From: an uncultured Nanoarchaeota archaeon
Lineage (GTDB): Archaea > Nanobdellota > Nanobdellia > Pacearchaeales > GW2011-AR1
Length of the DNA stretch: 64,000 bases
Direction: 5' to 3'
NCBI GenBank assembly: GCA_963743615.1
Contig: CAVUQF010000002.1
Span: forward strand, 65,697-129,696
Under the pieces are notes generated by a model. It made no database searches, was not told where the DNA came from, and saw only the letters and a program-made list of their open reading frames with translations. Below are positions 29,505 to 39,632 of this stretch, piece by piece; the first letter of the stretch is position 1; each line of letters starts with the position of its first letter. Both the position numbers and the translations under genes were made by a program.

Positions 29505-30287
29505 TCATTTAGCCCTGTCTTCTTCGTAAATTTTCAGCCCTAAAACCGAATCTTCAACATTTTCTGGGCTTTCGTTGATAACTGTTATATCTTTGTCTTT
29601 AGGTAGATTAGAAACCAGTTCTCTAAGTTCCTTTTCAGTTGTCTTTATATGATGTTTTTCCCCTTTTTCTCCATATACAATACCTGAGAAATGTATATGC
29701 AGTTCTTTGTGGTCCTCAAATTTACTGAGAACTTCCCGAAAATTGTAATTCTTGTATCTTGCTAGTACATGTGCAAAGTCAATGCAGAAAGAGCATCCTG
29801 TCTCTTTTACCAGCTTTCCTATTTCATCAACACTTCCAAAAACATTTACCTTTCCCATAATTTCGGGGGCAATTTTTGGGGTGTAGTGATTCTCCTTTAT
29901 CCTTTCCTGAATATCTAAAATTGCGTTCTTTATATGTTCATAGGTCTCCTCCTTGTTCTTCCCATAAAATCCAGAATGAAAAACAACGGTTTGGGCACCA
30001 AGCCAGGTTCCAACCTTGCAGCATTCTAAAATTCTCTCCTTACTTTTTTCAACCTTATCTTTTTCTTCAGAATTGAGGTTAATCCAATATTGTGCATGAA
30101 TACTCAATTTTATTCCAAGCTCTTTTGCCCTTTCTCCAATCTTCTCAGCATCCTCCTTTTTCTTTATATAGGCACCATAAGAAAATTCTACTTCACATGC
30201 TTTAAGACCAAGCCGATGATACTCTTCAAGATTGGAAATTGCATCTTTTACGGGACCTATTCCTGCGGGACCGAATCTTATTGTCAT
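29505..30287 (-). CDS. nfo: Endonuclease IV-like AP endonuclease (TIM barrel)
   Basis: IRFGPAG, LSIHAQYWINLNS, VVFHSG, EIMGK, CIDFAH, HIHFSG, INESP. Confidence 0.9.
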   Translation of the reverse strand: MTIRFGPAGIGPVKDAISNLEEYHRLGLKACEVEFSYGAYIKKKEDAEKIGERAKELGIKLSIHAQYWINLNSEEKDKVEKSKERILECCKVGTWLGAQTVVFHSGFYGKNKEETYEHIKNAILDIQERIKENHYTPKIAPEIMGKVNVFGSVDEIGKLVKETGCSFCIDFAHVLARYKNYNFREVLSKFEDHKELHIHFSGIVYGEKGEKHHIKTTEKELRELVSNLPKDKDITVINESPENVEDSVLGLKIYEEDRAK

Positions 30288-30350
30288 AATTTTGATAGAT
30301 AAAAGATCTTTATAAAAATTAGTTTATAGAAGAGCATTAAGATTTACTAG

Positions 30351-30827
30351 TTAAAAAAGCATTTTCTCTAAATTTTGAGGAAATAAAACATCTGTTCCTT
30401 CTATATTCATTATATCTAAATAAGTAACCCCTTTTCTCATAAAATCTTTGTATCTCATAGCAATTTCAATATCATTTTCTGTTAAACGTCCTTTAAACTC
30501 CCCTTTGCTTATATGCTCTTTAACTTCTTTCTCTGGAATGCCAACAAAATTACCGCATTGTGTAGCTAAGAAACCAAAATAATTTAATGCAGTCTCAACT
30601 TCAATTTTTCCTAAAGAACAATAACCGGTAGAGCGCATAATAGAATCATATTCCTCACTTCCTCTTGGAACTGACTCCCCTTTTAGTCCAAATCTAGAGT
30701 CAATTTCTCGTGTGGCATTATTTTGATAAATATGACTATACCATGCCCCTTTTTCTAAGTTTAAATTATAAATTGTTATTCTTTGTTTATTAACTTTAAT
30801 CTCTCGTCCTTGCATTTGTTCGCTCAT
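30351..30827 (-). CDS. Hypothetical protein
   Basis: Long ORF; ATG 30827 (MSEQMQG) preferred. Confidence 0.6.
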   Translation of the reverse strand: MSEQMQGREIKVNKQRITIYNLNLEKGAWYSHIYQNNATREIDSRFGLKGESVPRGSEEYDSIMRSTGYCSLGKIEVETALNYFGFLATQCGNFVGIPEKEVKEHISKGEFKGRLTENDIEIAMRYKDFMRKGVTYLDIMNIEGTDVLFPQNLEKMLF

Positions 30828-30886
30828 AAATTTCCTTAGAAATAGTAATCTTAAAAACATTTCCATATACAAGACTAGAAATAAGA

Positions 30887-32071
30887 TTAGAAACTAAGTA
30901 ATCTTATTTTCGTATCTGTAGAAGTGAAATTCTTTGCAACGAGAACTTTGCACCCTTCCTCTTCTGCTAATTTTATTAGAGTATTGGTTGCCGTTCCGTC
31001 CATTACGATTGCCTTGACTCCTTTTGATCTTCTCAATGAAAGGTTCAAACCTTTTACAGAAAGTTCTTTTATCTCATTCAAATTTTCATCAAAAGTAATA
31101 GCTTTTTCTGTTCCTTTTATTTTGTTGAATATTTCTTCTAATTTTTTTTCATCAAAACTGAACTCTTTTTCTTCTTTCACTACAGGGGTTTCCCTCGCTC
31201 TATACATTGAATTATTTTCGCTATGATTATAAGGAGAATAGGTCTTTTCAGACCTATCTTTGAATAAAAATTCTTTTACAGATACTTTCTTTCTTAATGC
31301 TTGCAGGATTTCCTTGCCTGTCAATTCTTCAACTTCTTTTCCGTCTGGAGCGGTAGTAATATCTTTTATCTTAGCATTTTCAATCACGTTCTGGATAATC
31401 AATTTTCCTCCCCTATCTCCATCAACAAAAAGAGTCAGGTCCTTTTCTTCTCCTAATTTGCTGATATCTCTCGGAAGTTTCGTTCCATTCATGGCGATAA
31501 CATTACTTACCCCATTTCTCATCAGATTGACAACATCAGCTCTTCCTTCAACAACAATTATCTCATTTCCAGATAAGTCTCCACATGGTAGTTTTTCATC
31601 CCCATATTCGCTTATATCTGATGCCCTTGTTGCACTTTTTATTTCCGTAGAGATTTCTCTTGAGTCTGTCATCCCCTGAAGTTCCTTCATGAGCTTCTTT
31701 GCTCTATCAACAATGTATTCTCTTTTACTTCCTCTAACATCCTCAATTCTCTCAACTTCAATTTGTGCATCGCATGGGCCAATTCTTTCTATAGTCTCTA
31801 TAGATGCTGCTATAAGGGCTGTTTCTGACTGGTCTAGAGCGGTGGGAATCTGAATCTTTCCGGTTGTTCTTTTGTCCTTCTTTTCGAGCTCAACTTCAAT
31901 TCTTCCGATTTTCCCCTCTTTCTGAAGTTCTCTCATTTCAAGATCAGAACCAAGCAACCCTTCAGTTTGTCCAAAAAGTGCGCCTATGACATCCGGCTTT
32001 TCCAGAAAGCCTTCCACATTAAAATTTGCATGTATCATATATTTTATTGATACAGGACTTATTTTTGCCAT
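30887..32071 (-). CDS. dnaG: Archaeal DnaG-like TOPRIM protein (exosome-associated)
   Basis: KPDVIGALFGQTEGLLG, IVVEGRADV, FVDGDRGG, APDGKEVEEL. Confidence 0.96.
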   Translation of the reverse strand: MAKISPVSIKYMIHANFNVEGFLEKPDVIGALFGQTEGLLGSDLEMRELQKEGKIGRIEVELEKKDKRTTGKIQIPTALDQSETALIAASIETIERIGPCDAQIEVERIEDVRGSKREYIVDRAKKLMKELQGMTDSREISTEIKSATRASDISEYGDEKLPCGDLSGNEIIVVEGRADVVNLMRNGVSNVIAMNGTKLPRDISKLGEEKDLTLFVDGDRGGKLIIQNVIENAKIKDITTAPDGKEVEELTGKEILQALRKKVSVKEFLFKDRSEKTYSPYNHSENNSMYRARETPVVKEEKEFSFDEKKLEEIFNKIKGTEKAITFDENLNEIKELSVKGLNLSLRRSKGVKAIVMDGTATNTLIKLAEEEGCKVLVAKNFTSTDTKIRLLSF

Positions 32072-32240
32072 ATTTTATTATTTTAATTTAATTTGTTGAA
32101 ACCTTATGGTTCCATTAGAAAATACCCAAGCCAAGCCACGCTCTTCTTCGTACCTTGCAACGCAAAATGAGTATAAAGGTGAATGTGAAATAATCCTATG
32201 ATACTTTCTAAATAGCAGAAGAAAATTACTTTTTTAAAGT

Positions 32241-33113
32241 TTATGGAACACTGAGAAAACTCCTCTTGTACTTCGGATCCTGCAGGATGCTAGTTTGTAC
32301 CCCCCAAGGATTAAAAGCTGCTCCATTGATCAGATATGGCTTAACCAAACCTTGAAGTGACTGATTTGGATTTCTTTTGTAGTCTTGAGATATTCCCTTG
32401 ATAGACAAGTTTCCTCTTGAGTCATAGAAATCAAGCGATAGGGCAAGTAAGTTTTTTGGGCCCTCTGAATTACCCTTTTCGGTAAGGAAAGAGGATGGTC
32501 TTCCCAGGCATTTTGCAAAATAAGGGTTGGATGTGTCACATACTAAGACCATTTCGTTTTCTTGCGTTGCATGCAATTTGCCCGATAAGTCATAGGAAGA
32601 AATTTGCCCATCTTCTACGCAAACAACGGGGCTACTTTCTCCATATTCGTCCATGCTTGCTATTGTTACTGGCTTTTCTAAAGGGGCATCCAAAATAAAC
32701 ATATATAACCTCCCCTTTTTAGAGCTCTCCTTTATGCCCTCGAAGATATTTTCCTTTGTTGCCGGCCCAGCCACTTTAACATCTTTTGGGGTCTTGATTT
32801 CATAGGGGTTTGAAAGGAATAATTGAATTCTATCTGGTTTTATTTTTTGAGCCAAAAGGTTGTAAGCTTCAAAAGCAGCCTGGACGGAATCTCTCTGGCC
32901 TTTTTCGGAATAAAAATCTGCATTTCCTATACCATTAAAGATTATTGCATAATCTTCTAGCTTACGTTCTCGGAATGAGTCCATACTCTTTTCAATAGGT
33001 TTTGTAGGAGAGGGTAAGAAATCTTCTATAGCGCCGATCATTGTAGGGACTATCAAGCCAGTGGCTAGAGCTCCTGCCAGAACTCTCACAATTAGATTTT
33101 TATTTTCTCTCAT
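32241..33113 (-). CDS. Membrane-anchored hypothetical protein, possible degenerate clan CD (caspase/legumain-like) fold
   Basis: N-terminal TM; YAIIFNG...ATKENIFEGI...LYMFILDA...VLVCDTS follows clan CD topology without the His/Cys dyad. Confidence 0.45.
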   Translation of the reverse strand: MRENKNLIVRVLAGALATGLIVPTMIGAIEDFLPSPTKPIEKSMDSFRERKLEDYAIIFNGIGNADFYSEKGQRDSVQAAFEAYNLLAQKIKPDRIQLFLSNPYEIKTPKDVKVAGPATKENIFEGIKESSKKGRLYMFILDAPLEKPVTIASMDEYGESSPVVCVEDGQISSYDLSGKLHATQENEMVLVCDTSNPYFAKCLGRPSSFLTEKGNSEGPKNLLALSLDFYDSRGNLSIKGISQDYKRNPNQSLQGLVKPYLINGAAFNPWGVQTSILQDPKYKRSFLSVP

Positions 33114-33180
33114 GACTATCGAGCCCTTTGATCCTTTTTAAACTTTGTGCTTTATAACTACTATAGAAAGACAATAAAAC

Positions 33181-33342
33181 TCATTCTTTTCCAATTTCGC
33201 TGATAATTGTTCTGAGCTCTCTCATTACTTCCCTTAAAATTTCAGAATCGCTTTCAGAAGGATTTTTTTCTTTAAACTTCAAAGCATGGGCAGCCCCTGA
33301 GATTACAGCTCTCTTAATCATCTCTTCATTTGCATTCGCCAT
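33181..33342 (-). CDS. Small hypothetical helical protein (53 aa, below the ORF-track cutoff)
   Basis: MANANEEMIKRAVISGAAHALKFKEKNPSESDSEILREVMRELRTIISEIGKE; TATA-like TTTTAAA about 25 nt upstream. Confidence 0.7.
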   Translation of the reverse strand: MANANEEMIKRAVISGAAHALKFKEKNPSESDSEILREVMRELRTIISEIGKE

Positions 33343-33454
33343 AGAATAGATTAACTATTACAATTTAAAAAGATTTATGTAAAAAAAGATTAATGTTGTA
33401 GAATCAGTAATTTTGCTATCCTCTTCCTAGCTTTAATCAAATCATCAAACTACT

Positions 33455-34045
33455 CTAGATATTATTTTGGTTTATATGTTGATATTTATCCGTTTTGAAG
33501 TTTGAATCCCTTAGCTTACTAACGAAAAACTCCGTTAGATCCTCATCTACCAGACTGTCCAATCCTCTTTCATGGGCTCTCCTTGCCAATCTTTCAACGC
33601 AATCCTATATATGAAAACCTGCTATCACTAATTTATTTGTTTCTCCTAATTGGTTAAGGATATAATCCTGATCTGGATAAGGATAACTTCCGTCCGGCCT
33701 TTTTGTTATATGAGTTTTAATATCCATTCCATTTTCAATAATTCTATCTTGCCTTTGAAGTTCAATTACATCCGACATAGAACCATTGTTAAAGATAACA
33801 TAGCTTATCCCGAATCCATTTTTTCTATATCTTGCGTCAATGCAATCATTCAAATTTCTCTTATAAAATTCTTTAAATTCGGATAATAACACCTTAATTG
33901 CTTCTCTATCCTCATTTGATCTTGCTTTCTTTAATCTGCCTAGAAATTCATTCTTTTTATTTCCGCAATCAAAATAACTAGCGCCATTATTTATTTGAGA
34001 ATTAATATATTCTGGAATTGGATATAGAAAAACGAACTGTTTCAT
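33455..34045 (-). pseudogene. Hypothetical (isochorismatase-like fold) gene interrupted by an in-frame TAG
   Basis: After LVIAGFHI-TAG (33607-33605) the frame continues for 49 codons (DCVERLARRAHERGLDSLVDEDLTEFF...) to a second TAG at 33457-33455. Confidence 0.65.
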
Positions 34046-34047
34046 TA

Positions 34048-35343
34048 CTACTTTTCAGAAAAAGTCTTCGCTTTCAATTCAATGCAAACACCTGCAGCAA
34101 CAGTTTGTCCTGCATCTCTAACTGCAAATCTGCTCATGAATGGATTTGCTTTCTGTGTTTCCAAAGCTAGATTTCCTTGTGGTTTTATCTTAACCTTAGC
34201 AAGATCTCCATTCTTCAGAAAATCAGGATGTTCTTTTATAACCTGGCCTGTTCTTGGATCAATCTGTTCCAAAAGTTCAACAAACTGGCATGGAACCTGT
34301 GCTGTGTGAACGTGGAAGACAGGAGTATAACCCTTTGCCAAAACAGTTGGGTGATTAATTATTGTGATCATAGCAGTGAACTCTTCAACGACGGGAACGG
34401 GATTAGCTGCATCGCAGATAACATCTCCCCTTGCAATATCCTTCTTTCCAACTCCCCTTATATTTATTCCAACATTATCTCCAGCATCAGCGGTTGAAAT
34501 TGCCTCGTGGTGCATTTCAATTGTCTTAACTTCTCCTTCAATTCCTTTTCCTGTTCTTCCCGGTACAATCTTAACTTTTTGTCCAACCTTCATTATTCCT
34601 GTTTCAACCTTTCCAACAGGCACAGTACCTATTCCTGTAATTTCATAAACATCCTGAACAGGCATTCTCATTGGAAGGTTTGTTGGTGCTTCCGGCATTG
34701 GGAACAAATCAAACTGTTCTATAACAGTAGGCCCTGTGTACCAAGGCATATTTTCTGATTTCTTAACAACATTATCTCCCTTTAATCCAGCGCATGCAAG
34801 GAACTGAACCTTGTCAAGTTTATATCCAACAGCACTCAAAAGTTGGCCAACTTCTTCTTTAACCTTTTTGAATCTGTCTTCCTTGTACTGAACCATATCC
34901 ATCTTGTTTATGATAACAGCAACATTCTGAACACCCATTGTTCTCAAAAGCCATAAATGCTCTTTTGTCTGAGGTTCAACACCTGTAGGGGCAGCAACAA
35001 CAAGGAAAGCTGCATCAGCTTGTGAAGCTCCAGTGATCATATTCTTAACGAAGTCTTTGTGTCCTGGTGCATCAATAATTGTAATCTGGAATTTGTTTGT
35101 TAGAATTTTCCTGTAAGCCAAATCAATTGTAACTCCTCTTTCTCTTGATTCTCTAATTTGATCCATTACGTAAGCAAATTCAAACCCGATTTTTCCATGC
35201 TTCTCTGCTTCTTGCCTAAGCTTTGCCATTTCCTGTTCAGATACTGCGCCAGAATCGAACAAGAGTCTTCCAACTACGGTTGATTTTCCAGCATCAACAT
35301 GTCCGACGAAAACAACGTTAAAGTTTGGTTTTTCTTTTGCCAT
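34048..35343 (-). CDS. tuf: Elongation factor 1-alpha
   Basis: GHVDAGKST, ERGVTID, DAPGH, NKMD. Confidence 0.98.
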   Translation of the reverse strand: MAKEKPNFNVVFVGHVDAGKSTVVGRLLFDSGAVSEQEMAKLRQEAEKHGKIGFEFAYVMDQIRESRERGVTIDLAYRKILTNKFQITIIDAPGHKDFVKNMITGASQADAAFLVVAAPTGVEPQTKEHLWLLRTMGVQNVAVIINKMDMVQYKEDRFKKVKEEVGQLLSAVGYKLDKVQFLACAGLKGDNVVKKSENMPWYTGPTVIEQFDLFPMPEAPTNLPMRMPVQDVYEITGIGTVPVGKVETGIMKVGQKVKIVPGRTGKGIEGEVKTIEMHHEAISTADAGDNVGINIRGVGKKDIARGDVICDAANPVPVVEEFTAMITIINHPTVLAKGYTPVFHVHTAQVPCQFVELLEQIDPRTGQVIKEHPDFLKNGDLAKVKIKPQGNLALETQKANPFMSRFAVRDAGQTVAAGVCIELKAKTFSEK

Positions 35344-35421
35344 TTTGGTTGATAAATTTTCATAAAGAAAATTTGATATTGTTTAATCAAAAATTACATT
35401 TATAAATTTTTTGGTCTTCTC

Positions 35422-35649
35422 GGCTTTGCACAATAACTAGACCCCTTTTTGTGCAGGAAGATATTTTACGCAGTCTGAAAAATCAACGTCTATCTTTAGC
35501 TCAAAAATTTCATGAATTAGGCAAGTAATGTTATGAGCCAGAACCTTTGCTAATATTTCATTGTCTTGGGAAATTTCCTTCTTGCATTTCAACCTGTTGC
35601 CAAATCTTCTCTTTATTATTTCTATGGTTTGCTGGAACTCTGAAAACAA
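35422..35649 (-). mobile_element. IS5-family (IS903-like) remnant: transposase C-terminus plus one terminal repeat
   Basis: IKRRFGNRLKCKKEISQDNEILAKVLAHN is a DDE transposase C-terminal segment. GGCTTTGCACAATAA (35422-35436) right after the stop resembles IS903-type ends. The 5' part is missing. Confidence 0.7.
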
Positions 35650-35695
35650 AAGAGATCAGGTTCATAAATAGTAACCCCACAATCATTAGATAGAA

Positions 35696-35983
35696 TTAGA
35701 TTTTGCAATAGGACGCGGAACAGTAATATCCCTCATAATCTCCATAACCTTTGCTAACTTTTTCTCCAACTAACAAGGCATTTGCTTTTTCCCGAAATCC
35801 CCTTGCCTTTGTTATGTAGATCGGTAATTCAGTGCTAGAATCAAAATTCAGTATTATTGGTTGTTGCTTTGCCATTCTAATGTTTTCCACGGGGATAAAC
35901 TCCTCGGTATCTAATCTCCTGAAATTTGTTTTCCCAGAACTATCTGTCTCCTGAACAACTAAAACTAGTTTTGTTAAGCTCAT
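35696..35983 (-). CDS. Hypothetical protein
   Basis: 95 aa, ATG start, TATA-like TTATAAAG upstream. Confidence 0.6.
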   Translation of the reverse strand: MSLTKLVLVVQETDSSGKTNFRRLDTEEFIPVENIRMAKQQPIILNFDSSTELPIYITKARGFREKANALLVGEKVSKGYGDYEGYYCSASYCKI

Positions 35984-36027
35984 AAGTTAGGATAAGAATT
36001 TAACTTTATAAGGATTATCAAGAGAAA

Positions 36028-38220
36028 TTACTGATTTTCAGCGAGTCCCTTTCTCTCTCTAATTTTTCTGATCACTTCGGCTTGCATATTCATTGGGATC
36101 CTCTCGAAAAGCTGGTCAGCGAGAGAGGAAGTTCCTCTTCCCTCTGTTGCGCTTCTAAGATCATTGCTCCATCCTATCATTTCTGCTACAGGGATTTTTG
36201 CCCTTATTTCGACCCCATAATCTTCCTGTGAGACATTTATTAGCTGTCCTCTCTTTCCTCCAAGAAGTTTTGTCATTTCTCCGAGGAATTTGTCCGGGCA
36301 TTCTATAACATGAATTTGTAAAGGTTCTAGCAAGGATGAATCTGCCGTCTTCATAGCCTCTGTTATTGCCTCCCTGACCGCAGGATAGACCTGGGCTGGA
36401 CCACGGTGAATTGCATCTTCATGAAGTCTTATATCTGAGAGAGAAACTCTCATTTTGACACAAGGTTCCCTTGCAAGAGGCCCCTGATTCATTACCATCT
36501 CAAATGCATCTAATACCATATCTATTACTTCTCCAATGTGAACCTCCCCCTTTGTTTCATCTAAGAAAATATTTCCTTTGTAAATATCTCTTATGCACTT
36601 AACAGTATCATTATCCCATCCATCAAATCTGGAAAATTTGTTTGATAACTCCTGACTCTTTTTCTTTACTCTTCCTTCGGGAATTTCTCCACTTTTGATT
36701 GCTTCATACAGATCATCTTCGAGAGGTTCTATCTTAATGAAGAAACTATTATGTTTGTTTGGAGATCTTCCCTCAACTTCCTTTGATTCTTTGTTAACCG
36801 TCTCTCTATAAACAACAATTGGAGGGGAAGTCTTCACATCAAGTCCCTTCTCTGTTCTTATTCTGTTTTCTATAATTTCAAGATGAAGTTCTCCCATTCC
36901 AGAAATTAGGCTTTCTCCAGTTTGTTCATTTATCTCAACTTTTACAGACGGATCTTCCTTTCCTACCTGTTTTAATATTTCAATAAGCTTTGGCAGGTCC
37001 ATTAATTTCTTTACTTCAATAGATTTTGTAACAACTGGTTCGAAAATATGTTTCAATTCTTCAAAGGGCGTTTCAGGTTCTACAGTAATTGTCTCTCCAG
37101 CCTCTCCGGTGATTCCAGAAATGGCTAGAACATTTCCAGCTCCAACTTCATCAACCTGTTCAGGTTTTATTCCGTTGTAAACCAATATTTGCTGAACCTT
37201 TTGTTCTTTATTTGCAAGGTTAAGATGAACTTCCATTCCATTTTTTATTGTTCCTGAGAATAATCTTCCTGCAGATATCTCTTTTCCAGAACGTTGGTCA
37301 ATCACAATTCTGGTTATGACAAAACCAACTTTTCCCTTGGGATCACAACTCAATAAATCTTTTCCAAACTGACTGTCCAAATCGCCGTGCCAAATCTTTG
37401 GTATTCTATATTTTTGCGCTTCTAGAGGATTTGGGAGATGTTTTACGGCCATATCTAGGAGAACTTCATATAATGGCGCGTTTTTCCAAACCCAATCTTT
37501 TCTTTCAGTGTCACTCATCTGTTCAAGGTTGAAAATATCTTTGAATGTAATCCCCTTCTTTTTCATAAATGGAATGGACAGCGCCCAATTATCTTTTGCA
37601 CTTCCGAATGCAACACTTCCATCATTAATATTAACAACCCACTTGTCTTTGAATTCAGGCTCGGCTGCTTTGTATACCAAACTATTAAACTCCTCTATAA
37701 TCTTAACAAATCTCTGCTGCATTCCCTCGGGAGTAAGTTTCATTTCTTTTATCAATCTGTCAATCTTGTTTATGAACAAAACGGGTTTTACTCTTTCTCT
37801 AAGTGCTTGCTTGATCACTGTTTCAGTCTGGGGCATTATTCCCTCAACGGCACATACAAGGACGATTGTTCCGTCGATTGCTCTCATAGCTCTTGTAACA
37901 TTCCCTCCAAAATCAACGTGCCCGGGAGTATCTATGAGATTGATCAGATATTCTTCACCCTGATAATCATGAACCATAGAAACATTTGCAGCATCAACAG
38001 TCATAAGCCTCTCCTGTTCATCAGAATGCTGCCAGGTTGCCATACCTTCCTCAAGATTTCCTGCATTCTTCTCGGCCATATATCCAGATGCGGCTAAAAG
38101 ATTATCTGTCAAAGCCGTTTTTCCATGGTGAATGTGTGCACTTGTGGCTATATTTCTAATATTTTTTTGGCTTTTGCTAAGTCTTACTATTCTTCCAGAT
38201 TGTGATTCTTTTTCTGCCAT
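36028..38220 (-). CDS. fusA: Elongation factor 2
   Basis: NIATSAHIHHGKT, DTPGHVDF, NKID, GMGELHLE, diphthamide loop HEDAIHRGPAQ. Confidence 0.98.
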   Translation of the reverse strand: MAEKESQSGRIVRLSKSQKNIRNIATSAHIHHGKTALTDNLLAASGYMAEKNAGNLEEGMATWQHSDEQERLMTVDAANVSMVHDYQGEEYLINLIDTPGHVDFGGNVTRAMRAIDGTIVLVCAVEGIMPQTETVIKQALRERVKPVLFINKIDRLIKEMKLTPEGMQQRFVKIIEEFNSLVYKAAEPEFKDKWVVNINDGSVAFGSAKDNWALSIPFMKKKGITFKDIFNLEQMSDTERKDWVWKNAPLYEVLLDMAVKHLPNPLEAQKYRIPKIWHGDLDSQFGKDLLSCDPKGKVGFVITRIVIDQRSGKEISAGRLFSGTIKNGMEVHLNLANKEQKVQQILVYNGIKPEQVDEVGAGNVLAISGITGEAGETITVEPETPFEELKHIFEPVVTKSIEVKKLMDLPKLIEILKQVGKEDPSVKVEINEQTGESLISGMGELHLEIIENRIRTEKGLDVKTSPPIVVYRETVNKESKEVEGRSPNKHNSFFIKIEPLEDDLYEAIKSGEIPEGRVKKKSQELSNKFSRFDGWDNDTVKCIRDIYKGNIFLDETKGEVHIGEVIDMVLDAFEMVMNQGPLAREPCVKMRVSLSDIRLHEDAIHRGPAQVYPAVREAITEAMKTADSSLLEPLQIHVIECPDKFLGEMTKLLGGKRGQLINVSQEDYGVEIRAKIPVAEMIGWSNDLRSATEGRGTSSLADQLFERIPMNMQAEVIRKIRERKGLAENQ

Positions 38221-38287
38221 TTTTCAATATATAAAGTGAGAATAATTAGTTATATTAAAATTCTTTTTTAAATGTTTTTGTGAGAAT

Positions 38288-38902
38288 TTATCTCGCAGAA
38301 TCGGCTTGCTTCTCAGATTCATTCCTCTTTCTTACGGCAAAACTGTCACCGTTGTTGTCAGCTGCAAGCATTATTTCATCTGCCAATCCCTGGACAATTG
38401 TCTTCTTCTTGTTAAATGCCTTGTCCGAAGCACCTTGTACAAGCCATCTTACTGCAAGATTGACTCTCCTCAAAGGTGAAACATCAACAGATTGGGGATA
38501 TCTTGCCCCGCCATACTCAATTACCGTGATTTCGTCTCTTGGAGCAGAGTTTTCTATAGCTTTTATCAAAACTTCAACAGGATTTTTGCTTGTCTTTTTT
38601 TCAATTAAATCAAGAGCTTCGAGGATTTTCTTCATATACTTGGAATATTTTCCTGTAGATTTGCCAAGTTGTATTCTATGCTTTTTCCCTCTATGCCCTG
38701 CGACAGCGAGTCTGTTCATTAATCTCTCAACAATGTTAACTTTTATCTGACCGAATTTTTGAACATTCCTTCCCTGATTTTTCAGAATTAATCTAGGTTC
38801 AAGTGAAATTACCTGCTTTAATCCAGGATCTTTAACCTCAATTCCTCCTAAATCATACTTGTCAAAGATTTTGAACTTTGGAATTGTTTTTTCTGTTGCC
38901 AT
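38288..38902 (-). CDS. rps7: 30S ribosomal protein uS7
   Basis: IENSAPRDE...YGGARYPQSVDVSPLRR; ATG 38902 (MATEK) preferred. Confidence 0.96.
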   Translation of the reverse strand: MATEKTIPKFKIFDKYDLGGIEVKDPGLKQVISLEPRLILKNQGRNVQKFGQIKVNIVERLMNRLAVAGHRGKKHRIQLGKSTGKYSKYMKKILEALDLIEKKTSKNPVEVLIKAIENSAPRDEITVIEYGGARYPQSVDVSPLRRVNLAVRWLVQGASDKAFNKKKTIVQGLADEIMLAADNNGDSFAVRKRNESEKQADSAR

Positions 38903-38903
38903 C

Positions 38904-39104
38904 TTAATTCTGTACTCCTCTTTCCAATTCACTTAAAACTCTTGCATTAGCTTCAACATAATCAAGTCCTTTTCCAATATATTCAGCTCTTTTTTTTTCA
39001 TTGTATCTTGATATGTCTGCTTTTGTAACAACTGTTGCCAACCCTCCTATAAGAGCAGCACCTGTGCATAGGTAAAGAACAGCTAAAGCATTGTTACAAT
39101 CCAT
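38904..39104 (-). CDS. Small hypothetical membrane-anchored protein between rps12 and rps7
   Basis: 66 aa, fills the gap exactly, N-terminal hydrophobic helix. Confidence 0.55.
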   Translation of the reverse strand: MDCNNALAVLYLCTGAALIGGLATVVTKADISRYNEKKRAEYIGKGLDYVEANARVLSELERGVQN

Positions 39105-39106
39105 AA

Positions 39107-39529
39107 TTATCTTCTACCCTTCTCAATCTTGCCAAGCCATAATCTTTGCAAAGGTTGATCATTTACTTTAATAACTTGGAACCTTATTCCAGGAATATCT
39201 CCCTTCTGTCTTCCGCTTCTTCCGCCTATTCTTTCAATTATAACTTCATCATGTTCATCAATAAATCTTTGCGCCAAATTTCCCGGAATGAAAACTCCTA
39301 CACCAACTCCGTTCTTTGTAAGCTGAACTCTGCAGCACTTTCTCATCGCTGAGTTTGGCTGTCTAGCTTCTTTTTGGAATTTTGAAAGAACAATTCCTTT
39401 TGCCTGGCTTGTGCCTTCAAGAGGATCTGACTTCTGGTAAAGATGCAGGGCTCTGGCTCTGTAAAATTTATTATGCCATCTATCTTTCTTCCTATTCTTG
39501 ATTATTTTTCTTGCGCTGTTTAAACCCAT
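39107..39529 (-). CDS. rps12: 30S ribosomal protein uS12
   Basis: QAKGIVL...QPNSAMRKC, GDIPGIRFQV. Confidence 0.97.
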   Translation of the reverse strand: MGLNSARKIIKNRKKDRWHNKFYRARALHLYQKSDPLEGTSQAKGIVLSKFQKEARQPNSAMRKCCRVQLTKNGVGVGVFIPGNLAQRFIDEHDEVIIERIGGRSGRQKGDIPGIRFQVIKVNDQPLQRLWLGKIEKGRR

Positions 39530-39563
39530 ATTAGTTGTTGATAAAAATAGTTTAAAAATATTG

Positions 39564-39572
39564 TGTTGAACG
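39564..39572 (+). repeat. Left 9-bp target-site duplication TGTTGAACG
   Basis: Identical 9-mer at 43209-43217 directly outside the right inverted repeat. Confidence 0.9.
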
Positions 39573-39596
39573 TACTTTGTTACCTTAAAGGTTGGT
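39573..39596 (+). repeat. Left terminal inverted repeat TACTTTGTTACCTTAAAGGTTGGT
   Basis: Exact reverse complement of 43185-43208. Confidence 0.95.
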
Positions 39597-39632
39597 GGTT
39601 AAGTTTTTAAGTTTCTGAAACATCCTCTTTTT

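Noticed and set aside
32072..32240. Relatively GC-rich gap upstream of dnaG as a possible sRNA or short ORF
   Set aside because: No convincing stem, box C/D pair or well-supported start; cannot be supported from sequence alone.
33605..33607. Amber recoding (pyrrolysine or an alternative genetic code)
   Set aside because: TAG is a normal stop for clear genes here (argS, pilus ATPase, tuf, mgtA), and no pyl genes are seen.
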